Origin: Eledone cirrhosa
Lineage: Eukaryota
Direction: 5' to 3'
Length of the DNA stretch: 64,000 bases
NCBI GenBank assembly: GCA_964016885.1
Contig: OZ024743.1
Location: 296,856,001-296,920,000, forward strand
Below, piece after piece: positions 25,401-37,400 of the stretch. Under the pieces are notes generated by a model. It ran no database searches, was not told the DNA's origin, and was given only the letters and a program-made list of their open reading frames with translations. The position numbers and the translations under genes are program-made. Numbering within the stretch: the first letter of the stretch is position 1; each line of letters starts with the position of its first letter.

Positions 25401-28400
25401 AGTGGTTAAGAATAGTTACAGACATGGCTGAGTGGTTAAGAATAGTTACAGACATGGCTGAGTAGTTAAGAATAGTTACAGACATGGCTGAGTAGTTAAG
25501 AATAGTTACTGACATGGCTGAGTGGTTAAGAATAGTTACAGACGGCTGAGTGGTTAAGAATAGTTACAGACACGGCTGAGTGGTTAAGAATAGTTACAGA
25601 TGGCTGAGTGGTTAAGAATAGTTACAGACATGGCTGAGTAGTTAAGAATAGTTACAGACATGGCTGAGTTGTTAAGAATAGTTACAGACGGCTGAGTGGT
25701 TAAGAATAGTTACAGACATGGCTGAGTGGTTAAGAATAGTTACAGACGGCTGAGTGGTTAAGAATAGTTACAGACATGGCTGAGTGGTTAAGAATAGCTA
25801 CAGACATGACTGAGTAGTTAAGAATAGTTACAGACATGGCTGAGTGGTTAAGAATAGTTACAGACATGGCTGAGTAGTTAAGAAAAGTTACAGACGGCTG
25901 AGTGGTTAAGAATAGTTACAGACATGGCTGAGTGGTTAAGAATAGTTACAGACGGCTGAGTGGTTAAGAATAGTTACAGACATGGCTGAGTGGTTAAGAA
26001 TAGTTAGAGACATGGCTGAGTGGTTAAGAATAGTTAGAGACATGGCTGAGTGGTTAAGAATAGTTACAGACATGGCTGAGTGGTTTAGAATAGTTGCAGA
26101 CATGACTGTGGTTAAGAATAGTTAGAGACATGGCTGAGTGGTTAAGAATAGTTAGAGACATGGCTGTGTGGTTAAGAATAGTTAGAGACATGGCTGAGTG
26201 GTTAAGAATAGTTAGAGACATGGCTGAGTGGTTAAGAATAGTTACAGACGGCTGAGTGGTTAAGAATAGTTACAGACACGGCTGAGTGGTTAAGAATAAT
26301 TACAGATGGCTGAGTGGTTAAGAATAGTTACAGTCATGGTTGAGTGGTTAAGATTAGTTGCAGACATGGCTGAGTAGTTAAGAATAGTTACAGACATGGC
26401 TGAGTGGTTAAGAATAGTTACAGACATGACTGAGTAGTTAAGAATAGTTACAGACATGGCTGAGTGGTTAAGAATAGTTACAGACATGGCTGAGTAGTTA
26501 AGAAAAGTTACAGACGTCTGAGTGGTTAAGAATAGTTACAAACATGGCTGAGTGGTTAAGAATAGTTACAGATGGCTGAGTGGTTAAGAATAGTTACAGA
26601 CATGGCTGAGTGGTTAAGAATAGTTAGAGACATGGCTGAGTAGTTAAGAATAGTTAGAGACATGGCTGAGTGGTTAAGAATAGAGACATGGCTGAGTGGT
26701 TAAGAATAGTTACAGACATGGCTGAGTGGTTAAGAATAGTTACAGACATGGCTGAGTGGTTAAGAATAGTTACAGACGGCTGAGTGGATAAGAATAGTTA
26801 CAGACATGGCTGAGTGGTTAAGAATAGTTACAGACATGGCTGAGTGGTTAAGAATAGTTAGACATGGCTGAGTGGTTAAGAATAATTACAGATGGCTGAG
26901 TGGTTAAGAATAGTTACAGACATGGCTGAGTGGTTAAGAATAGTTACAGACATGGCTGAGTGGTTAAGAATAGTTACAGACATGGCTGAGTGGTTAAGAA
27001 TAGATACAGACATGGCTGAGTGGTTAAGAATAGTTACAGACATGGCTGAGTGGTTAAAAATAGTTACAGACATGGCTGAGTGGTTAAGAATAGTTACAGA
27101 CATGGCTGAGTGGTTATGAATAGTTACAGACATGGCTGTGTGGTTAAGAATAGTTACAGACAGCTGAGTGGTTAAGAATAGTTACAGACGGCTGAGTGGT
27201 TAAGAATAGTTACAGACGGCTGAATGGTTAAGAATAGTTACAGACATGGCTGAGTGGTTATGAATAGTTACAGACATGGCTGTGTGGTTAAGAATAGTTA
27301 CAGACGGCTGAGTGGTTAAGAATAGTTAGACATGGCTGAGTAGTTAAGAATAGTTAGACATGGCTGAGTGGTTAAGAAAAGTTACCGCCGGCTGAGTGGT
27401 TAAGAATAGTTACAGACATGGCTGAGTGGTTAAGAATAGTTACAGACATGGCTGAGTGGTTAAGAATAGTTACAGACGGCTGAGTGGTTAAGAATAGTTA
27501 CAGACGGCTGAGTGGTTAAGAATAGTTACATACATGGCTGAGTGGTTAAGAATAGTTACAGACATGGCTGAGTAGTTAAGAATAGTTACAGACATGGTTG
27601 AGTGGTTAAGAATAGTTACAGACGGCTGAGTGGTTATGAATAGTTACAGACATGGCTGAGTGGTTAAGAATAGTTACAGACATGGCTGAGTGGTTAAGAA
27701 TAGTTACAGACATGGCTGAGTAGTTAAGAATAGTTACAGACATGGCTGCGTGGTTAAGAATAGTTACAGACGGCTGAGTGGTTAAGAATAGTTACAGACA
27801 TGGCTGCGTGGTTAAGAATAGTTACAGACATGGCTGAGTGGTTAAGAATAGTTACAGACGGCTGAGTGGTTAAGAATAGTTACAGACGGCTGAGTGGTTA
27901 AGAATAGTTAGACATGGCTGAGTAGTTAAGAATATTTACAGGCATGGCTGAGTAGTTAAGAATAGTTACAGACATGGCTGAGTGGTTAAGAATAGTTACA
28001 GACGGCTGAGTGGTTAAGAATAGTTACAGACGGCTGAGTGGTTAAGAATAGTTACAGACATGGCTGAGTGGTTAAGAATAGTTACAGACGGCTGAGTGGT
28101 TAAGAATAGTTACAGACATGGCTGAGTGGTTAAGAATAGTTACAGACATGGCTGAGTGGTTAAGAATAGTTACAGACATGGCTGAGTAGTTAAGAATAGT
28201 TACAGACATGGCTGAGTAGTTAAGAATAGTTACAGACGGCTGAGTGGTTAAGAATAGTTACAGACATGGCTGAGTAGTTAAGAATAGTTACAGACATGGC
28301 TGAGTAGTTAAGAATAGTTACAGACGGCTGAGTGGTTAAGAATAGTTACAGACATGGCTGAGTGGTTAAGAATAGTTACAGACATGGCTGAGTGGTTAAG

Positions 28401-31400
28401 AATAGTTACAGACGGCTGAGTGGTTAAGAATAGTTACAGACATGGCTGAGTGGTTAAGAATAGTTACAGACATGGCTGAGTGGTTAAGAATAGTTACAGA
28501 CATGGCTGAGTGGTTAAGAATAGTTACAGACGGCTGAGTGGTTAAGAATAGTTACAGACGGCTGAGTGGTTAAGAATAGTTACAGACATGGCTGAGTGGT
28601 TAAGAATAGTTACAGACGGCTGAGTGGTTAAGAATAGTTACAGACATGGCTGAGTGGTTAAGAATAGTTACAGACATGGCTGAGTAGTTAAGAATAGTTA
28701 CAGACATGGCTGAGTAGTTAAGAATAGTTACTGACATGGCTGAGTGGTTAAGAATAGTTACAGACGGCTCAGTGGTTAAGAATAGTTACAGACATGGCTG
28801 AGTGGTTAAGAATAGTTACAGACGGCTGAGTGGTTAAGAATAGTTACAGACATGGCTGAGTGGTTAAGAATAGTTACAGACATGGCTGAGTAGTTAAGAA
28901 TAGTTACAGACATGGCTGAGTAGTTAAGAATAGTTACTGACATGGCTGAGTGGTTAAGAATAGTTACAGACGGCTGAGTGGTTAAGAATAGTTACAGACA
29001 CGGCTGAGTGGTTAAGAATAGTTACAGATGGCTGAGTGGTTAAGAATAGTTACAGACATGGCTGAGTAGTTAAGAATAGTTACAGACATGGCTGAGTTGT
29101 TAAGAATAGTTACAGACGGCTGAGTGGTTAAGAATAGTTACAGACATGGCTGAGTGGTTAAGAATAGTTACAGACGGCTGAGTGGTTAAGAATAGTTACA
29201 GACATGGCTGAGTGGTTAAGAATAGCTACAGACATGACTGAGTAGTTAAGAATAGTTACAGACATGGCTGAGTGGTTAAGAATAGTTACAGACATGGCTG
29301 AGTAGTTAAGAAAAGTTACAGACGGCTGAGTGGTTAAGAATAGTTACAGACATGGCTGAGTGGTTAAGAATAGTTACAGACGGCTGAGTGGTTAAGAATA
29401 GTTACAGACATGGCTGAGTGGTTAAGAATAGTTAGAGACATGGCTGAGTGGTTAAGAATAGTTAGAGACATGGCTGAGTGGTTAAGAATAGTTACAGACA
29501 TGGCTGAGTGGTTAAGAATAGTTACAGACATGACTGTGGTTAAGAATAGTTAGAGACATGGCTGAGTGGTTAAGAATAGTTAGAGACATGGCTGTGTGGT
29601 TAAGAATAGTTACAGACATGGCTGAGTGGTTAAGAATAGTTACAGACATGGCTGAGTGGTTTAGAATAGTTACAGACATGACTGTGGTTAAGAATAGTTA
29701 GAGACATGGCTGAGTGGTTAAGAATAGTTAGAGACATGGCTGTGTGGTTAAGAATAGTTACAGACATGGCTGAGTGGTTAAGAATAGTTAGAGACATGGC
29801 TGAGTGGTTAAGAATAGTTACAGACGGCTGAGTGGTTAAGAATAGTTACAGACACGGCTGAGTGGTTGAGAATAGTTACAGACATGGCTGAGTTGTTAAG
29901 AATAGTTACAGACGGCTGAGTGGTTAAGAATAGTTACAGACATGGCTGAGTGGTTAAGAATAGTTACAGACGGCTGAGTGGTTAAGAATAGTTACAGACA
30001 TGGCTGAGTGGTTAAGAATAGCTACAGACATGACTGAGTAGTTAAGAATAGTTACAGACATGGCTGAGTGGTTAAGAATAGTTACAGACATGGCTGAGTA
30101 GTTAAGAAAAGTTACAGACGGCTGAGTGGTTAAGAATAGTTACAGACATGGCTGAGTGGTTAAGAATAGTTACAGACGGCTGAGTGGTTAAGAATAGTTA
30201 CAGACATGGCTGAGTGGTTAAGAATAGTTAGAGACATGGCTGAGTGGTTAAGAATAGTTAGAGACATGGCTGAGTGGTTAAGAATAGTTACAGACATGGC
30301 TGAGTGGTTAAGAATAGTTACAGACATGACTGTGGTTAAGAATAGTTAGAGACATGGCTGAGTGGTTAAGAATAGTTAGAGACATGGCTGTGTGGTTAAG
30401 AATAGTTACAGACATGGCTGAGTGGTTAAGAATAGTTACAGACATGGCTGAGTGGTTTAGAATAGTTACAGACATGACTGTGGTTAAGAATAGTTAGAGA
30501 CATGGCTGAGTGGTTAAGAATAGTTAGAGACATGGCTGTGTGGTTAAGAATAGTTACAGACATGGCTGAGTGGTTAAGAATAGTTAGAGACATGGCTGAG
30601 TGGTTAAGAATAGTTACAGACGGCTGAGTGGTTAAGAATAGTTACAGACACGGCTGAGTGGTTAAGAATAATTACAGATGGCTGAGTGGTTAAGAATAGT
30701 TACAGTCATGGTTGAGTGGTTAAGATTAGTTGCAGACATGGCTGAGTAGTTAAGAATAGTTACAGACATGGCTGAGTGGTTAAGAATAGTTACAGACATG
30801 ACTGAGTAGTTAAGAATAGTTACAGACATGGCTGAGTGGTTAAGAATAGTTACAGACATGGCTGAGTAGTTAAGAAAAGTTACAGACGTCTGAGTGGTTA
30901 AGAATAGTTACAGACATGGCTGAGTGGTTAAGAATAGTTACAGACGGCTGAGTGGTTAAGAATAGTTACAGACATGGCTGAGTGGTTAAGAATAGTTAGA
31001 GACATGGCTGAGTGGTTAAGAATAGTTAGAGACATGGCTGAGTGGTTAAGAATAGTTACAGACATGGCTGAGTGGTTAAGAATAGTTACAGACATGACTG
31101 TGGTTAAGAATAGTTAGAGACATGGCTGAGTGGTTAAGAATAGTTAGAGACATGGCTGTGTGGTTAAGAATAGTTACAGACATGGCTGAGTGGTTAAGAA
31201 TAGTTAGAGACATGGCTGAGTGGTTAAGAATAGTTAGAGACATGGCTGAGTGGTTAAGAATAGTTAGAGACATGGCTGTGTGGTTAAGAATAGTTACAGA
31301 CATGGCTGAGTGGTTAAGAATAGTTAGAGACATGGCTGAGTGGTTAAGAATAGGTGATGATTCTTCAGTGAGATGGAATTGGTCTGCTACTCTAAGAACC

Positions 31401-34400
31401 TGCATTTTTTTTACCCTCAACGATACAGACATCATTATCATCATCATGTCTGTTTATCTTTAATGGCATGGGTCAGACAGATCATTACAGACCAAGTCAG
31501 TACTCAAAGTTACAATCTTCCTACATCAGCCAGGGGCCATGTTTCACTTATATACATTCCAGTATTGGTATGGTTTCTATAGCTGGATACTTTTCCTAAT
31601 TTCAATCACTTTATAGTGTGTGTGTACAGGGTGTATTTTATTCTGACTCCAGCACTTGTTGGGTGGGAATTGTCATATCCTTCACATGACAGAAGAATCC
31701 TCTCAACCCTTTATCTGTCCATCTATCTTGGGATTGCTATTGGGATTTGTGCTTTAATTTTGTTATTGTTGTTCTGGTTCAAAGAAAGATACATTGATAA
31801 ATATAAACAAATAGCTATAGACATGTAGGTAGATAAGTAGATAGACAAACAAGCAGACAGATAGATAGATATATAGATAGATAGATATCTACTTAGGTAG
31901 CTAACTATATATAGTTGCTGTTCTACCACTGACCAGTATGTCAACAGTATGAGAGAGAAAATATCAGTGTAGAGGAGAGATATCAAAGCACATACATTCT
32001 CAAATGATTGGTCATTTTATTTATGGAATATATCAAAGTTTAATAGAAAAATAAAATAAAAAGAAAATTTAGATTGAGAAGAATGGAATGTAAGTAAAAT
32101 AAGAAAATATAAAGAAAAAAGAGACCTCCTCCCAGAAAAGGGAGGGAATGGCAAGGACTTAGTGTCACAGAAGAATGGGGAGGGGGAGGGTGATTGAGCT
32201 CCGGGCATAGGGTGTGGCAGTAAAGGGGCTGCGCCCAAATTCTAAATTACCAAACAAATCTAGCATAAAGTGCGTCACTTGATTCGTGTGTTTTATTATT
32301 ATGATATGCACACACATGAGAGGTAGTGGTGAGTGAGTATGTAACTGCTAATTAATATAGTGACTTGATGATCTTCTTTGCTAGATAAAAATCTAAATCC
32401 ATTCATTATTCACACAAGAATCAGTGAGTGGACATGTAACCAAATATTCATTTGTAAAATAATTGTTTCTACTTTAGGCACAAGGCCAGCAATTACCCAG
32501 TGCATTACTGGCACTTTATTTTATCGACCCCGTAAGGATGAAAGGCAAAGTCAACCTCGGCGGGATTTGAACTCAGATCGTAAAGGGACGTAACTATGCT
32601 GGAAAGCATGGCGTCCGACCCTCTACCGATACTGCCAATCCAGTAAAATAATATCCTGACATAATAACCAAACAGCTCAGAGAGAGAGGGGGGGGGGGCA
32701 GAGATAGATAGATAGAGAGAGAGAAAGAGAGAAACTGTTATTGACTGATAGCCCTCCCACTGTATCCTTCCTTTGTAATTTATGGTGACCCCCATTTAAG
32801 TAGAAATGTAGTAGGTGTGTATAATATGATTTATAGTAGAGGGCTGATATTTAATTTTGAGTGTGTGTGAGTGTGTATTGTAGTTGTGTCTATTTTGTGT
32901 ATGTTGAGTGTGGCGAAGTCATAAAGAATTAGTGGGTGTATAGATGGGGTGAATGTGAAAATAGAGAGAATGTCTATAGATGAGAGAGAAGTGAGTAAAT
33001 GTGAATGCATGTTGTGGGTGTGTTGTGTTATGAATGTTGTGTATGTTGTTATTGTGTGTTGTTGTGTTGTGTGTGTGTTGTTGTCTGTAGTATTGTAGCC
33101 ATGTGTGTTGTGTTGTGTATGTTGTAGTCATGTGTATTGTGTTGTGTATGTTGTAGTCATGTGTTGTGTTATGTGTGGTGTTGTAGTCGTGTGTTGTGCG
33201 TGTGTGTTGTGTGATATTGTAGCCATGTGTGTTGTGTTATGTATGTGTGGTATTGTAGCCATGTGTGTTGTGTTGTGTATGTTGTGTATGTGTGGCGTTG
33301 TCATCTGCATTGTTGTTGATATTAGATCCAGTTCAGCAGACTTATGATCTAATTCATTTTGATCTTAACCATTCTATGTTTTCTCTGGAATTATCTAATG
33401 TGTTCCTATTTTAAGACAGCAGGAGATCCAGAGGTAGACCATGAGCAAGATGGTTGGATAACATTCATGAGCTCAGCTGGTCTCACTTGGGGATCCAGCT
33501 AGATCAACTGTAGATGGTTGCTTTGATAGTACTCACTGGAATGTGTGTCTGAGGACTCTGCTCCTATCCTCCCCACCAGGATTACATACGTGAAAAAGAA
33601 GAAATAATTGTTTCTACTTTAGGCACAAGGCCAGCAATCACCCAGTGCATTACTGGTACTTTATTTTATCGACCCCGTAAGGATGAAAGGCAAAGTCAAC
33701 CTCGGCGGGATTTGAACTCAGATCATAAAGGGACGTAACTATGCTGGAAAGCATGGCGTCCGACACTCTACCGATACTGCCAATCCACCGCCCTGTAAAA
33801 AAGAAGAAATAATAAAAATAATAATGATTTCTACTGTAGGCACAAGGCCAGCAATTTAGGGAGAGGAGAAAGTCTATTAAATGAGCCCCAGTGCATGACT
33901 GGTGTTTTATTTCATCGACCTCATAAGAATGACACAAGTGTCACAACACACTGAGAGATTATTGGCTACACACTAAAGTGCCACAACACATTTAGAGATT
34001 AGTTGTGACACACTTCCATGGTGCATCTAGAGATTATTAGTAACATACTAAACTGTCATTCACCTAGAGATTATTGGTGACACAATAAAGTGTCATGATG
34101 CACCTAAAGCTTATTGGTGATATACTAAAGTGTCATGACACACCTAGAGGTTATTGGTGATATACTAAAGTGCCATGACCGACTTAGAGGTTATTGGTAT
34201 ACACTAAAGTGTCATGACATACTTAGAGTTTATTGGTGATATACTAAAGTGTCATGACACAGTTCAGAAATCTCTGGTGGATAGGTTCTATTGTGAGTTG
34301 TGTATTATCATCATTATATTTTTATGTGTCGGTGGGCGGTGGATTGGCAGTATCGGTAGAGGGTCGGACACCATGCTTTCCAGCATAGTTACGTCCCTTT

Positions 34401-37400
34401 ACGATCTGAGTTCAAATCCCGCCGAGGTTGACTTTGCCTTTCATCCTTACGGAGTCGATAAAATAAAGTACCAGTAATGCCCTGGGTAATTTCTGGCCTT
34501 GTGCCTAAAGTAGAAAAAATTATATTTTTATGTGTCAGTCTTTCAAAACTCCTCATACATAAACTGTTATAACTCTTAAAACCCTCTACTACACGAAACT
34601 GCATTAACAAGACTTTCTTTGAAAAGTATAAAACAGCACTATGATTGCATCACATTAAAAGTCTTCACTCTAATATTGCAAATTTTCTCAATGTTCTGTA
34701 CCTTAGTAAAGGTATCATACAGAGTTGAATTAACAAAGATATTTTTTGTTAAATTTTTACAGGATATTAAGAGTTAATATGGTCTAATAAATAATATTAG
34801 ATGTGTTTGTTTACTGACTTTATTTAGGTCAGTATTCTGGTCTCCCGAAAGAAGTTGTTAGAGCGTCACATTAAAATGCTTTGTGGTATTTGTTCTAGCT
34901 CAGTGCTCTGAGTTCAAATCCCAGAGCTCAACTTTTCCTTTAATGTTTTCAGAGTTGATAAATAAAGTACCATTCCAAGTAATGGATATGATTCCTTATG
35001 GTATCAATCTTGGCCCTTTGCATTCTGAGTTCACCTGTAACATCATTGGTGTCAAGCTGTATCTGCCATTGCCTTTCTCTTGGACAACATTGGTGGTGTG
35101 AGAGAAGAGACTTGCATGCATGTATGACTGCTGGTCTTCCACAAAACACCTTTCTCAGAGTTGCAGCTTTCAAGTGCAAACCCTTGGCCAACCCTGACTG
35201 AAGGGAGCTTTCATTTTTTTTACACTATCTTCTTTTTCTTCTTCTTCTTTTTCTTTTCTTCTTCTTTTTCTTTTTCTTCTTCTTTTTCTTCTTTTTCTTT
35301 TTCTTCTTTTTTTTCTTCTTCTTCTTCTTCTTCTTCTTCTTCTTCTTCTTCTTTGCCCACTTATTCCTGCAAGGGTCATTGGGGCAGAGTCCTCAAACAC
35401 TCCTTCCAGCAGGTCCTATCACAAGCAACTGTCTTCATTTGATCCGGCTCGATCACCAAGCGTGACCAGCCATGCTCATGGATGTTATCCAACCATCTTG
35501 CCCTAGGTCTCCTACCGGTTGGTTTTGCCTGTAAAATCTGTCCAGCGATTCTTTCTTGAGACATTCTAACCACATGCCCATAGTATCGGAGCTGTGATTT
35601 CTTAATTCGGAGAAGTAGTGGCTCTACCTGGAGTGACTCTCCGAGCTATGCACTCTATCGAGTAATATTACTCCAAAGACCCTTTGGAGGAACCCCAATT
35701 TGGCTGCTTGTATTCGCGATCTTATTCTTTCGGTCATTACCCAAGATTCCTTGAAGATAGTGAGTTTGGCCTCTATGCCTACTGCTCTTCTTCTGATTAC
35801 TGAATCCTGAAATTGGCACATTACTTAATTCAACCTCCTGCCTTCCATCACTTGTGAACACTGCCCAAGTTACTTGGACTTCTCTACCTGCTTCAGTGGA
35901 ACTCCATTCACATGTAGAGTGCACTGCGCAGGCTTCCTTGAGAGGATGAGTGTTTCAGTTTTCGCAGTACTGATTTTCATTCCAGCCATGCAGCACTTGC
36001 CGTCAAACCTATCAAGTGCAAGTCAGAGATCACCTTCACTCATCCTCAAAATTAATTTTGTTCCAGTTGCTTCATCTATATTTCACTTATAACTTTTAAA
36101 CCAACTATGGACCCTTGGTGCCTGTGATCCCCAAACTTTTCACTACCACTGACTCCTTTTATTTAAATGAATTTTCCTCTACATAAAAATCACAATGGAA
36201 AGAGAGAAATGTATATATTTAGAAAAAAGTGGATATCCAATATCATGTGCATATTAAATGTTTGATCTTAGATCAACAGTGGCTCAAACTTTTAGCTACC
36301 ATTAATATTTTGATCTTAACAATGTTTCATAAGCTTTTGGCTATCATTGGCCCCATTGAAATCTGTAATTATTAGGTTTACCATAACTTTTAAGGCTCAA
36401 ACCTGGACAGTTTTCAATTTTTATTATAAGTACCAGTACTTATATAATAATGAAGTGATTTCATATTCTAACTGTTAAGTTATTTGGTACTAAACTGCCC
36501 AAGTATGGTTCTATGATATAAACTGCCCAAGACCACCCAAGGTTCTATGATATAAAACAGCTTGTTTTAGAATATATATGCTTAAATTGAAACATCCCAT
36601 CATAGTTTTATGTAAGAAACTTTTCATATACAAAGTCTGTTGAAAAAGTATTCGACCTTAGGTTGGGGCAAAAATGATGTACCTGGAGGAGTTCAATTGC
36701 TAATCCTCTTTGAAGTAAGGTGATACTTCCACTGTTTGAAGCATCTCTGGAATGACTCTCGTATGATGTCCTCTTGGATCCCAAAAAAGTCAGAAGGAGC
36801 CATGCCTGGAGATTAAGGAGCCGAGAAAATGAGTGAAATGCCTTTCTTTTCATAAAAACCTTAGATCTCTTGTGCTGAATTGTATTACAAAGTCATTGGA
36901 GGATACCCTGATAGTACACCTTGTCTTTCTGGTTTATACTCATAATGCACAATACCTTGGTAGTCAAAGAAAACTGCATCCTTTCCAATTTCCTTTTGCA
37001 TGTAGTCATGTCTTTTGTTGGTAAGCTTTATTCATTTCCTCTTTGTGGGGTTAATTACCTCTCTAAAACAGTTGTTTCATGTAACATCTTCTTAATATTC
37101 AGTTGGTGGGGATTGTCTGTAATATATTGGTGTGGGTCCGGGAACGTATGTAAAATTATATGAGTTCGTCAATTTTTTGTAATTGTATAAGTGCTCTGTC
37201 ACAAAATATGTTTGGAAAGCATTGCCCTTTAGGGAAATAATATTTTTGAAATTACTTCTGTTGCTGCTATCATTACCACACTACTGTTGCCATAGCTACA
37301 GCATTGGTTTTACTATCATTGCAACACTGCTGTTGCTATAGCGATAGCAGTTGCTGCTATTATTATAGTGCTGTTGTTGCTAACACTACAACACTATTGT

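Noticed and set aside
23110-31352. CRISPR array or repeat-protein ORFs (MSVTILNHSA / MAEWLRIVTD)
   Set aside because: There are no unique spacers and no cas genes, and the context is a eukaryotic intron. The 28-bp units break the frames repeatedly, so the ORFs are by-products of a 30-bp unit.
23110-31352. Tandem tRNA gene cluster or telomeric repeat
   Set aside because: Only a D-arm/A-box-like piece is present, with no anticodon or T arm and no TTAGGG units.
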